A stretch of 64,000 nt of DNA from a virus. The position numbers and the translations under genes were made by a program. The notes below the pieces were generated by a model. It was given only the letters and a program-made list of their open reading frames with translations, was not told the DNA's origin and searched no databases. Below, in pieces: positions 39,280 to 48,927 of this stretch. Location of the stretch: the IMG/VR virus record IMGVR_UViG_3300045988_187870. The stretch is one strand, 5' to 3'. Position 1 is the first letter of the stretch, and each line of letters opens with the position of its first letter.

Positions 39280-40197
39280 ATGAGTAATGTATTACAGGAA
39301 AATCTACAGAAATATCATGGGAGAATTTCTGTTGCAAAACGTCATGCCCTATACAACAAGGTACTTTCAACCGGAGAACTTTATAACCCACATGTTCACG
39401 CTTCCTTTGCTCCATGGCAGTTTCTTAAAATGTGGAATGGTACGACATCCACGATGAGAACACCTAATCCTGAAAAGGTCATTACAGCAGCACTTAGAAT
39501 GCTGAAGATCTTGAAGGATTACAATACAGATGAGGACTCATATAAAGCAATTGAGAATATTGTATATGAGAATGAGGTAGAGGAATCCTTAAGACGAATC
39601 CTAAGTTTTAGCAGATATTGCCTTGATGAAAACTTTGATAAGGAGTTTGAATGCTATCCATCTGTTGAATCTGTTCTGCGAACCTTTGGCGTCACATTAA
39701 GAACAGTAGAGTGCTTCGGTCCACGTCGAGTAGGTACATTGGCATACTGCTATCTTGTATTTCCATATACATATCGTGCATATATTGCATGTACATCAAG
39801 GGACATGGGTACTATTGATAAGCCATCTAATAGGATTTCAAATTCAATGTCTACATATTTCATTGTGCATCAGGGTTCCGCATATCGCGTTAGACAGAAT
39901 ATAGAGAAGTATGTAGATATTCCTGAGTTTGGAGATATCTATTATGATTTCTTAATGTGCACAGAGCATTTGTGCAGGGCTTATCTAGACTTTGGTAGAT
40001 ACCTTACAATAAAATACTTCTATACGTTCAGAGATAAATATAATATCTCTGATGATTTAGCAGACGAGTTAAAGGAAGCTCTAGATTATGCCAAACAGAC
40101 AGCTTGTGCTTATCATCAAACTGATGATATAATGCTTACTTATTTAAAGGATAGTGTGATGCTATCAGAAACAGCAGAAACTAAATATTTCAGTTGA
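39280..40197 (+). CDS. hypothetical protein (305 aa)
   Basis: RBS agaagggacaaagatat. Confidence 0.55.
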   Translation: MSNVLQENLQKYHGRISVAKRHALYNKVLSTGELYNPHVHASFAPWQFLKMWNGTTSTMRTPNPEKVITAALRMLKILKDYNTDEDSYKAIENIVYENEVEESLRRILSFSRYCLDENFDKEFECYPSVESVLRTFGVTLRTVECFGPRRVGTLAYCYLVFPYTYRAYIACTSRDMGTIDKPSNRISNSMSTYFIVHQGSAYRVRQNIEKYVDIPEFGDIYYDFLMCTEHLCRAYLDFGRYLTIKYFYTFRDKYNISDDLADELKEALDYAKQTACAYHQTDDIMLTYLKDSVMLSETAETKYFS

Positions 40198-40210
40198 AGG
40201 AGGTGATATC

Positions 40211-40429
40211 ATGCAGATAAAGCTAAACAGTATACAGGATGTGAAAGATTTCGTCAATGCAGCCAATAAATCGGCGAAAGAGATTGACGTGAAGAGCGGA
40301 CGTTATAGTGTTGATGCAAAATCATTGCTTGGAATGTTTTCACTTGATCTTTCCTGTCCTGTTGACGTAATTGTTTCTGGAGAACCTGATATGGAATTTA
40401 CAGAGGCAATTCAGAAGTTCTCAATTTAA
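40211..40429 (+). CDS. hypothetical small protein (72 aa)
   Basis: RBS ttgaaggaggtgatatc. Confidence 0.6.
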   Translation: MQIKLNSIQDVKDFVNAANKSAKEIDVKSGRYSVDAKSLLGMFSLDLSCPVDVIVSGEPDMEFTEAIQKFSI

Positions 40430-40492
40430 GATCATACCTGCTTTAGCAGTTATGAAATATACATTATTTTTTTTCAATGGAGGATTATACCA

Positions 40493-40837
40493 ATGAAGAG
40501 ACTTATTACACTAGCAGCAATTGCTGCTACCATCGCAATTACAGCAACTTGCGCATCTGCAGAAACAGTCGAGCCTGAGGTTAATTATGACGACCAGGTA
40601 GTACTCATTTCTGCAACCGAGGAGTCAGTACCTGCTGTAGGTTCTACTGTAGAGGTGACTGACACAGTCACATCCGAAGCCGAGACAGTTGCAACTGCCG
40701 AAGTCAATACAGTGACTCCTGCTACTGTGGAGGCAGATGACAAGGGTTCCCCTGACACCGGCGTTGAGGGCGTAGCTGCTCTTGCAGGTATTGCAGTTCT
40801 TGCAGCGGGTGCAATTATTCTTACTCGCAAGAAGTAA
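40493..40837 (+). CDS. small surface protein with a signal peptide and a C-terminal sortase sorting signal SPDTG + hydrophobic segment + RKK
   Basis: MKRLITLAAIAATIAITATCASA ... KGSPDTGVEGVAALAGIAVLAAGAIILTRKK; matches the (S/P)PxTG motif of Clostridioides-type sortase B. Confidence 0.6.
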   Translation: MKRLITLAAIAATIAITATCASAETVEPEVNYDDQVVLISATEESVPAVGSTVEVTDTVTSEAETVATAEVNTVTPATVEADDKGSPDTGVEGVAALAGIAVLAAGAIILTRKK

Positions 40838-40941
40838 TCTTTAGCAGATATGAGGAGAGTCAGCCACAGGCTCTCCTCTTCATATCAGTACAAAAAGGTA
40901 ACTGTCTTTGAGTGCTGTCCATAACTATCGGAGGTTTATTC

Positions 40942-41334
40942 ATGTATCATATCTCAATTATCAATAGAACTAATGGCCTTAAGAAGACATTTCAGCTTCT
41001 TGAGCCATCAAAGTATTTAACAGATGAAGGTATCACATTTTGTTCAGACAATGCATGGGATGGCATGCTTCACTTTATTCCATGCAGAGGAGTAGACAAG
41101 AATATTAGCATAACTTATAAGGTTCTTGGTAGAGTAGGTGACGCACGTACAATCAATGATGTACTGAAGTCAGCAGGAAGAATTTTTATAGCTGAGCAGG
41201 TTATTATTAAAGATGCACATAATAAAACCTTGTGTAGCTGTTCACCCTGTGAAGTTCCTGATAATTTAAGAAAGCTTAAGTATTCGTCAGTATACAAGAT
41301 TAGTAACAAATATTACTTTAAGGTAGGAGAATAA
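40942..41334 (+). CDS. hypothetical protein
   Basis: RBS atcggaggtttattc. Confidence 0.5.
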   Translation: MYHISIINRTNGLKKTFQLLEPSKYLTDEGITFCSDNAWDGMLHFIPCRGVDKNISITYKVLGRVGDARTINDVLKSAGRIFIAEQVIIKDAHNKTLCSCSPCEVPDNLRKLKYSSVYKISNKYYFKVGE

Positions 41335-41340
41335 AGACTA

Positions 41341-42204
41341 ATGAAAATGCAATCCACAGCCATTGCGCTGTTATGTAGCATTATGGCTGTAACACAGTTA
41401 TCTGGCTGTGAAATGGTGCAAAATGCCTTAGGTTCTAATAAGCAAACAGTCGATTACTCGGAAGTATTAGCAAGGTCTGACTCATTCTTTAGCAGTAAAC
41501 CAAGTGCTATAAATATTGAAGAAATCTCTAATACACTTAGACTTGAGTATGTGTATGGAGATTATTTTTCTGTCACAGAAACTTATAAGTTTGAGAATAA
41601 TGCGGTCCAGACAACCACAATTGTATATCCTGGAGAAATAAGCACAGTGCCAGAGTTCGTTTACTACACAAACAACACATTATCAACAGCAAATCTCCAG
41701 GCAACAATAAGTGGCACATATAAGTGGACAGGAGAACCACTGCTTATTCCAGGAATAGCAAATCTTGATCAGGAACACGCAGTACCTTTAGCAGAACAGC
41801 TGAAGGAGGAAGTAGACAACAACCCGGGCATTCCGCCTGACTTCATTTTGCCGTCAGAAGAGCAAACAGATGCGATCACACAGGAGACAATTGACACTAA
41901 TGAAGATGCTATTACACTACCTGGTTTGACAGATAATGGTTTATCAATTTTGGAATATTCTGATAACACACTTACAATGGATAAGTATGCTATTCACGTT
42001 GGAATAGACAAAGAGCGCCAAATTACAATAGCACAATGCCCTAAAGATTATGTAGATAAGCTTGTGTTCATTTCCGATAATCCTACAATTGCTTCAGTAG
42101 ACTCTAAAGGTATAGTAAGAGGTCATAAAAATGGGTCTGCAACTATAACAGTTACAGTTGATGGCGCTGCAGGATATTCTAGTATTATGGTGTATGTATA
42201 CTGA
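41341..42204 (+). CDS. lipoprotein (lipobox LSGC) with a C-terminal bacterial Ig-like (Big_2) domain
   Basis: MKMQSTAIALLCSIMAVTQLSGC; C-terminal ...ATITVTVDGAAGYSSIMVYVY. Confidence 0.55.
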   Translation: MKMQSTAIALLCSIMAVTQLSGCEMVQNALGSNKQTVDYSEVLARSDSFFSSKPSAINIEEISNTLRLEYVYGDYFSVTETYKFENNAVQTTTIVYPGEISTVPEFVYYTNNTLSTANLQATISGTYKWTGEPLLIPGIANLDQEHAVPLAEQLKEEVDNNPGIPPDFILPSEEQTDAITQETIDTNEDAITLPGLTDNGLSILEYSDNTLTMDKYAIHVGIDKERQITIAQCPKDYVDKLVFISDNPTIASVDSKGIVRGHKNGSATITVTVDGAAGYSSIMVYVY

Positions 42205-42278
42205 GGTGGAAAATGATAAAAGCCAAGGGAGAACTTGGTATGGCAATATTATTTATTGAGATAAGGGGTTAGAATAAC

Positions 42279-42674
42279 TTGCAATGTAAAACTGTCACAT
42301 TTGAATTTCACAATCTAGACGAAGTAACTTTAGCAGCTGGAAAAATGCAGATAACATTATCTGATATTACTTCAAACATTAAAATAGCAAATGCACATGC
42401 TAATTTAAAGAAGAAAGCAAGGAAAGCTGAAATAATTTTCAAGAGAGATTTCTTTGATGGGCGCTTCAGAGAGTCACAAGATTTGGAATGTATAGCTATC
42501 GAAACAAATGCAAAATGCTTCCGAATATATTTTGACAATAAATTTTCAGACAGCATAAACCTCAACGAGCATGTGTGGATGAATGACTTCGATAATATGT
42601 GTATCGCTATAGGGGAATATTCTGAAAACGAACTAAAACAAGTGCATGAGAGATTGAATTATGAATTTAAATGA
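42279..42674 (+). CDS. hypothetical protein (TTG start)
   Basis: ORF. Confidence 0.35.
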   Translation: MQCKTVTFEFHNLDEVTLAAGKMQITLSDITSNIKIANAHANLKKKARKAEIIFKRDFFDGRFRESQDLECIAIETNAKCFRIYFDNKFSDSINLNEHVWMNDFDNMCIAIGEYSENELKQVHERLNYEFK

Positions 42675-43086
42675 TGAAATAACAAGGCGCATGACACTGT
42701 TGGGCATTTCACAAAGCAGAACATTAGCAGTATCTACATATAGAGGAATTGAGTCCCCAAGTAAAGATGTTAGAGATTATGTCACCTACCTAGAAGAAGA
42801 AAATAAATGTACCATTTATCATGTGATAGAAGGTCCAGAACTTCTTTCAAATAGATTCTTTATGCTTGCAATCTCCAATGATTCAAACGCTTGGAACAGT
42901 GAGCTTGTTGCTCTACCTGAGAACAGGTTTAAAGCATATGCCTATTTTGGCTCATATAGACAATATCACTATGAACCAGGATACATAACAATAGAACGAC
43001 ATGGTAATCACTATAGCTACGTAGCTAATCCGAATCTGAGAGAACTCTTTAGCAGTATTCCATGTCCAGGGAAGAAGGTGAACTGA
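42661..43086 (+). CDS. hypothetical protein
   Basis: ORF; overlaps the neighbouring genes. Confidence 0.45.
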   Translation: MNLNDEITRRMTLLGISQSRTLAVSTYRGIESPSKDVRDYVTYLEEENKCTIYHVIEGPELLSNRFFMLAISNDSNAWNSELVALPENRFKAYAYFGSYRQYHYEPGYITIERHGNHYSYVANPNLRELFSSIPCPGKKVN

Positions 43087-43524
43087 GTGACATTAGAAGA
43101 ATTTACAAAGAATTTGTTTGGTGATCAGTTGATTGCCCTATGTAGTACATCAGCAGCGAATGTTTTTTGGCTAGGTACAGCAGCATCAGCAGCAAAGTCT
43201 ATATATGCATACAGTCAGATACTTGCTATTGATTTAGCAGATGCAAAGTTTCAGCCTAAACACCTAACGCGAGCAGACTATTGGAACATAATGTATATTC
43301 AGATGGTTGATAGCACCCTTAACAGCAATGGCTTTAAGCATTTGTGTTACGCAATTTATCTGAACTATTGGGAAGAAATGCATGTGTTTGATTGTGGAAT
43401 GGAGCCAATATGTTATGAAGAGTTCCTTTCAAATGAATATAAAGACAGTGAAGTAATGAAGGAAATTCTTTCACCATCTTTGTTCGAGCAGTATATTAAG
43501 ATGAAGGAGGGTGTAAATTCATGA
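43087..43524 (+). CDS. hypothetical protein (GTG start directly after TGA)
   Basis: RBS gaaggtg 6 nt upstream. Confidence 0.45.
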   Translation: MTLEEFTKNLFGDQLIALCSTSAANVFWLGTAASAAKSIYAYSQILAIDLADAKFQPKHLTRADYWNIMYIQMVDSTLNSNGFKHLCYAIYLNYWEEMHVFDCGMEPICYEEFLSNEYKDSEVMKEILSPSLFEQYIKMKEGVNS

Positions 43525-44090
43525 CATACAGAGAAGTATCTTGCGAAGGAAAAGATCTTAAAGAAGTTGTAGTGTATCTTGTTTCTTTAGCAGCTGAAGG
43601 AGAATTGGTCTGTACAAACTATCAGGGGACAATGCTGTATTCTGATAAAGTTAGCTTAAATAGTGCATTTATGAATATACTGGGCAAATCTTACCAGAGT
43701 TACCTTGAGAAAACGCATAAGCAGTCAGATAGTTCAGCTGATTTGGATGAAACAAGCATTACTCAGACCCTATTAGGTAGAGGTAAGCAGATTATCGATT
43801 CACAGTTTTACTCTACTTGGGAAAAATATGTACTAAAGTATGTTAGTAAACAGGGATTTATCGAAATCTTCAATTATGCTCTGAAGATCCTCGCACTTGT
43901 TAACAAAGGCTGCATGTCAGAGGCTGCAACTACGTACAATTCTTGTCCGCCTGCATATCATAAGAACATTTGTCTCTTAGTGGAAAAGTGTTCAGCCTAT
44001 GGCGAAAACTTTGTAGCTCGCGTTATTAGTGCACAGAATATCTACAATGATACAGGAATCACAGGCAGTACGGAGTACTTTAAAAAGTAG
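43521..44090 (+). CDS. hypothetical protein (189 aa)
   Basis: ATGA overlap; RBS gaaggagggtg. Confidence 0.55.
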   Translation: MTYREVSCEGKDLKEVVVYLVSLAAEGELVCTNYQGTMLYSDKVSLNSAFMNILGKSYQSYLEKTHKQSDSSADLDETSITQTLLGRGKQIIDSQFYSTWEKYVLKYVSKQGFIEIFNYALKILALVNKGCMSEAATTYNSCPPAYHKNICLLVEKCSAYGENFVARVISAQNIYNDTGITGSTEYFKK

Positions 44091-44185
44091 TGTATTACCT
44101 GCAAATACTTTAGTAGTGGTAGTTACAACACTAACATGGTTATAGAGCAGACCTTATTACTCAATTCATGAAGGAGATTGTTATT

Positions 44186-44722
44186 ATGAATAAGCGTATT
44201 ATTACAATGGATGAGGTGGTTGCCAGACCTCAGGATGTGCCTCTTGGAAGAGTGTCATGGAAAGATATGAAAGTTGGCGGTATATATCAGCGTAAAGATG
44301 GAAGATATTACATTTATGCTGGTAGAGCTAATACAACACATACAATCCTCGCATCAAGAACTGACTTTGGTGAGAAGTATTATTACACTTACATCTATCT
44401 AGACTATCCTACTGTTTTTACAGAGGACGTGGATACTAACAAGCTGCGAATCATTGCAAGCTCTGCTAAAATCAGAACATCTGAATATAGAGACATTGCA
44501 GAGGCACAGATTGGTATGCTTCCTGGATTTGTAGAACAGTCTGTATGGGAAGTTGCTGACTTTACAATCTATACTGATCCAAAGCATGTAAGTGGCGGCT
44601 CTAAGAAGGCAAAAGTTAAGTTTAGTGCAGAAGCAGCTGCAACATTTAAGGTTTATGAGAAGAAAGCCGAACTTCAGCAGAAGAAAAAGCGTGCGGGCAG
44701 AAAGGCTAAAACAAAAGTATGA
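44186..44722 (+). CDS. hypothetical protein with a basic C-terminal tail
   Basis: RBS gaaggagattgttatt. Confidence 0.5.
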   Translation: MNKRIITMDEVVARPQDVPLGRVSWKDMKVGGIYQRKDGRYYIYAGRANTTHTILASRTDFGEKYYYTYIYLDYPTVFTEDVDTNKLRIIASSAKIRTSEYRDIAEAQIGMLPGFVEQSVWEVADFTIYTDPKHVSGGSKKAKVKFSAEAAATFKVYEKKAELQQKKKRAGRKAKTKV

Positions 44723-45045
44723 CAGATAAGAAAAAGATATCGAAAATAATCAGCACTATCATATGGGCAGTAGTGTTTTTTGCTGTAGGAGCTTTAGCAG
44801 CAATTATGATAGCCTTGGAAGGAATGAAGGGTGCAGCATCATCAACACCTATTATGTATCTTGCAATGGGTAATACACTTTCAGGCACTGTGCAGGATAA
44901 ATCCTATGATGCTGGAGCTCATATGCTTTCACTGGAGACAAATGAGTTTGGGACAATTACTGTAGATTGTTCTACTGATATGTATAACTCTTGTGACATA
45001 GGCGACACAGTTCATGTCGACTTCGAGCTTTATGCTAACAAATAA
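44719..45045 (+). CDS. small membrane protein
   Basis: ATGA overlap; TM helix. Confidence 0.5.
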   Translation: MTDKKKISKIISTIIWAVVFFAVGALAAIMIALEGMKGAASSTPIMYLAMGNTLSGTVQDKSYDAGAHMLSLETNEFGTITVDCSTDMYNSCDIGDTVHVDFELYANK

Positions 45046-45069
45046 ATCCTTAGTAGGAAGGAGAAGTGT

Positions 45070-45330
45070 ATGGTTAACTATACTCCAAAGTTTAAAGTTG
45101 GAGATGACTGCATTGTTGAGACATTCACCTCTCGAACATCATTGACGCGTACTCTTAATGACAGGGAGTTCGCAAAAGGTAAAATTATTTATGTACACCC
45201 CACACACGGTTGGGCTACTTATAGAGCTTTAGGCTATAACATGTCACTTCCCAATGATCAGATTATGACAGTGACAGAGTATCAGGCAATGATTGCTGGT
45301 AAGTCTAATGTAAAACCACTTCGTGTGTAA
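45070..45330 (+). CDS. hypothetical small protein (86 aa)
   Basis: RBS gtaggaaggagaagtgt. Confidence 0.6.
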   Translation: MVNYTPKFKVGDDCIVETFTSRTSLTRTLNDREFAKGKIIYVHPTHGWATYRALGYNMSLPNDQIMTVTEYQAMIAGKSNVKPLRV

Positions 45331-45337
45331 AATTAAT

Positions 45338-45451
45338 GGCTGTAGGATTATCCTACAGCCATTTTCCGTTAAAGAGGCTGCAGGATTATCCTGCAGCCAT
45401 TTTCAATTAAAGAGGCTGCAGGGTACCCTGCAGCCATTTTCAATTATACAG
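45338..45451 (+). repeat. three tandem 38-bp units, each a 10-bp-stem palindrome (GGCTGCAGGa tta tCCTGCAGCC) followed by ATTTTCAATTAAAGA
   Basis: period exactly 38 bp; unit 1 carries compensatory changes (tgtagga/tcctaca) that preserve the palindrome. Confidence 0.8.
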
Positions 45452-45465
45452 AAAGGATTCACAAC

Positions 45466-46509
45466 ATGGCAAAAGCAGTGAAGATGCAGACATCCTCTGC
45501 ACCTAAAGTTGGAGGCGGAACAGGTAAGCGTATCATAGCGCTTGTACTTATGGCATCAATGATTGTAGGCTTATTATTCCTGGCATCAATGATTATGAAT
45601 CAGCGTGAAGAGTTAGTATCTGTAATGCGCCTTAAGAAATCAATTACATCTGGCACAGCAATTACGGATAGTATCTTAGAAGAATATCAGATGCCTAAGA
45701 GCACTTATGAAACTCTTGGTTCTATTACAATGTATGACGCAAACAATAATCCATATCAGCAGCAGACTTATTTGCTTTGGCAGCAGAAGGAGCAGGTGCT
45801 TGGGATGTTTGCATCTAATTATATTGCTCAGGGTGATGTGCTCACATCAATGGACCTCACACGAACTTTAACAGTACGAAATCCATGGGTTACTGCAATG
45901 AAGGAAGACGAAGAGATATTCACAATGTCTTTTGATGCAGGTACTATTAACACGCGAATGATTTACCCTGGAACTCGTCTAAGAGCTAGATTTGTATCTG
46001 AAGTACCTGTAGACAAGCTTAGTGAAGTAAAAACACAGATTGAGCATGCAGAAAATATTGGCGATGAAACTGATGATATTGTTCATGATGCAGTAACCAC
46101 TCTTCATGGCGATATCTTAGAAGACTCTGAAGCTAAGAATAGTGTACAGGTTGCTGAAGTTATTATCGATGAGATTATTATCACGGACATGACTAATAGC
46201 TCCGGTGAGAGTATTTATGATCTCTATATGAGTCTTCTCAAGCTCCCAATCAATGAACGTATCAACTATTTGAAAACAGGTATTGGTTCAAATGATATTT
46301 CTAATAACTGGGCAGCAAGAGTTACACCTTCTACAATCACATTCATCCTCGATAAAAAATCAGCATCTCGTTTAGCAGAATTTGAACAGACAGGTGGTAC
46401 AATTAAGTACACAATTCTTCCAGATAAGGCAGATTCTGAAGATCAGGCGAATCTGATGTCTCAGTTTGTTGAACTTAGCAACCAGATAAACACTGTTACG
46501 GAGGATTAA
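45466..46509 (+). CDS. CpaB/RcpC-like Flp pilus assembly protein (N-terminal TM)
   Basis: position at the head of the Tad-like operon; TM helix + periplasmic domain; RBS cagaaaggattcacaac. Confidence 0.4.
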   Translation: MAKAVKMQTSSAPKVGGGTGKRIIALVLMASMIVGLLFLASMIMNQREELVSVMRLKKSITSGTAITDSILEEYQMPKSTYETLGSITMYDANNNPYQQQTYLLWQQKEQVLGMFASNYIAQGDVLTSMDLTRTLTVRNPWVTAMKEDEEIFTMSFDAGTINTRMIYPGTRLRARFVSEVPVDKLSEVKTQIEHAENIGDETDDIVHDAVTTLHGDILEDSEAKNSVQVAEVIIDEIIITDMTNSSGESIYDLYMSLLKLPINERINYLKTGIGSNDISNNWAARVTPSTITFILDKKSASRLAEFEQTGGTIKYTILPDKADSEDQANLMSQFVELSNQINTVTED

Positions 46510-46511
46510 GC

Positions 46512-47387
46512 ATGAATATCAAACAGCAGCTTATAACTCCACTTGTGACATTGCTTAAGACATTTTCTGGCACCGAAGAAATTCAGGTAAATGTCCCAGA
46601 TTACAGTAACGTCTTTGGGTTTTACTCACCAACAGGTGGTACAGGTGTAACTACATTCGTAGCAAACCTGGGGTATGTCCTTGCATCTCAACTTAAGGTT
46701 GCTATTGTTGATTTTGACTTATATCATCCAGCACTATTTAGATTCTTACTTGATGATAGTGATGATAAAACAGGATTGCATCCAGAAGCTGATTTAGTGG
46801 ATAAACTTATCACGTCAGGAGCTAATATTACTTCTTTTGGGCATACATCAAAGTATAACAATATAACATTGTTCACCGGTATGCCACAGGATGACATCAT
46901 TAAGTTCTGTGAGCTGGATTATAGTAATATTGTGCAATGTATTAAGGAACTCTCACGCCTCTACGATATTGTTTTAGTAGACTTTAAGGGCAATCTTGCA
47001 CAAGAAACCGTAATGGCTTCGATTGATGCTTGTACGCGAGTGTTCACATTTATCAGGCCATTGTTTAGTGATGTTGATAGCGTGCACAAGGATAATGATC
47101 TGTTGATTCGTTATGGTTATGGAAAGAAACTTACGGCAATCGTGCAGGCTAATATTCAAAAGCGATATCTGCCTGATAGCGCTTTTGATGATGATGACAT
47201 TGTAACTGTAATGCGTCTACCATATGTAAAATCAGTCGAAGATACTGGTGAGAGCTTTGATATTTTCTATGCGACCAATGCAGGCTCATCAAAAGCTGGT
47301 GCAGCTTATGCAGAGTGTTGCAAGTTTATGGCAGAGTATTTATGCAACTATGAAAGAATGATTTTTGAGAAGGGAGATGAGAAGTAA
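46512..47387 (+). CDS. ParA/MinD-like ATPase (TadZ/CpaE-like; deviant Walker A PTGGTGVTT)
   Basis: FYSPTGGTGVTTFVANLG; operon context. Confidence 0.45.
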   Translation: MNIKQQLITPLVTLLKTFSGTEEIQVNVPDYSNVFGFYSPTGGTGVTTFVANLGYVLASQLKVAIVDFDLYHPALFRFLLDDSDDKTGLHPEADLVDKLITSGANITSFGHTSKYNNITLFTGMPQDDIIKFCELDYSNIVQCIKELSRLYDIVLVDFKGNLAQETVMASIDACTRVFTFIRPLFSDVDSVHKDNDLLIRYGYGKKLTAIVQANIQKRYLPDSAFDDDDIVTVMRLPYVKSVEDTGESFDIFYATNAGSSKAGAAYAECCKFMAEYLCNYERMIFEKGDEK

Positions 47388-48919
47388 TGGCGCTTACAAA
47401 GGGATTTTTCACAGCACGACGTTCAGAAAGCGCAGGTAGTGATCTTGCTTCTTGTATTTCCTTTGAGCAGTGCGTAGATATTCTATATTCTTATATTAAT
47501 CAATGTACTCTTGAGCAGGAGAGTACCGTCGAGAATATGAATTATGCACAGGTCCGCAAGTTTACTGCAGACTGTATTGTAAACTATGTAAGTTCAAAGC
47601 ATCCTTTGGTGACTGGGTTTGTTGACGAAACAGGAAAAGCCGAATATGGTCGACTTACTAAAGCTTTAACAGATGAAGTGCTTGATTGGGGTGTCTTAAC
47701 AGATGCAATGCAAGACCCTAATGTGTCAGAAATTCAAGGTAATGATTATAAGAGTATCTATGTGGAGAAGAGTGGTAAAACAGATCTTCTTCGCTCGGAT
47801 ATTACTGATAAGATCATAACTTTTGAGTCAGCCGATGACATGCTCAAGATAGCAAATAAGCTATTACGTTTTTCTGAAGTATCACTTAGTAGGAATGGAG
47901 CATTGCAGGGCGGTATGACACGTGAGGGCTTCCGTGTTGCAGTCTGCGACCCATCTGTAGCAGCGCCTGATAAGGGAGAAAATCAATTAAAAGATAAATC
48001 TCCTATGTTTGTTATACGTAAGTATGGCTCAACACCACCTAGCCTTGAAAAGTTGATTGGATGGCACTCAGTTACTATACAACAGGCAAATTTTATGAAG
48101 ATCCTAGCAAAGACTGGTTTACCGATTGTAATTTGCGGAGCAACTGGTTCTGGTAAAACAGTACTACTTCAGTCTATTTTAAATAATCGTGTACCCACTA
48201 GACGTTTAGCAGTTGTTGAGGATCAGTCAGAGTTAAACGCACGCATGCGTGATGAAAACGGTATAGATAAGTCAAACACAATACAGTTTGAGGCAAGACC
48301 AACACCACCTAGCGGCACGGCACCTCTTACTTTTCCAACATTCAGTAATGTTACGATGCAGCTACTTCGTATGACACCTAGACTTATTGTATTAGGTGAG
48401 ATGAGAACGGATGAAATTGTATCACAGGCAATAACAGCAGCTTACACCGGCCATGGTTTGTATTCTACTATTCATGCCGAGAATGTTGAAGACTGCGTAA
48501 CACGTATGACAAAGTGTGTACAGGCAACATCTAATGGTACTCCATGGGACGTAAACATGCAAACAGTATGTGCTGCTATTCCATTCATTATCTCTCAGCA
48601 GAGGCTTGATGATGGATCTCGTAAGATGCTTGAATTCTCTGAAATTGAAGGTACTATCATGAAAGATGGAAAGCTAATGCCTAAGGTGAACACATTATTC
48701 AAGTTCATTTCTGACGGACAAGGTATTCATCCTGAGGATGGTAAGCTTCATGGTGAGTTCTATCAGATTAATAAGCTTTCATCTAAAATGATGGAACGCT
48801 TGAAGCTCAAGGCACTTACAAAAGACGAACTGAATATATTACTCTCTGGTCCCGAGCCAGGAACTATGCTTTCATGCACATTTGATGATACAACAGAGCA
48901 GCAGGTAGTAAGGGGGTGA
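47387..48919 (+). CDS. TadA/CpaF/VirB11-family secretion ATPase
   Basis: Walker A VICGATGSGKTVLLQS, Walker B/Asp box RLAVVEDQSEL, His-box-like IVLGEMRTDE. Confidence 0.75.
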   Translation: MALTKGFFTARRSESAGSDLASCISFEQCVDILYSYINQCTLEQESTVENMNYAQVRKFTADCIVNYVSSKHPLVTGFVDETGKAEYGRLTKALTDEVLDWGVLTDAMQDPNVSEIQGNDYKSIYVEKSGKTDLLRSDITDKIITFESADDMLKIANKLLRFSEVSLSRNGALQGGMTREGFRVAVCDPSVAAPDKGENQLKDKSPMFVIRKYGSTPPSLEKLIGWHSVTIQQANFMKILAKTGLPIVICGATGSGKTVLLQSILNNRVPTRRLAVVEDQSELNARMRDENGIDKSNTIQFEARPTPPSGTAPLTFPTFSNVTMQLLRMTPRLIVLGEMRTDEIVSQAITAAYTGHGLYSTIHAENVEDCVTRMTKCVQATSNGTPWDVNMQTVCAAIPFIISQQRLDDGSRKMLEFSEIEGTIMKDGKLMPKVNTLFKFISDGQGIHPEDGKLHGEFYQINKLSSKMMERLKLKALTKDELNILLSGPEPGTMLSCTFDDTTEQQVVRG

Positions 48920-48927
48920 GTTGATAG

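Noticed and set aside
34978-40197. A diversity-generating retroelement (DGR) built around the RT, with the variable surface-protein family as its targets
   Set aside because: RT motif 4 is QG...(AS)F rather than the DGR-type (I/L)G...SQ. No Avd-like gene and no template/variable repeat pair were seen near the RT or at the 3-prime ends of the variable genes. The variability is explained by the poly-C tracts instead.
45338-45451. A CRISPR array
   Set aside because: The three 38-bp units are contiguous with no spacers, and there are no cas genes. They are tandem palindromic repeats.
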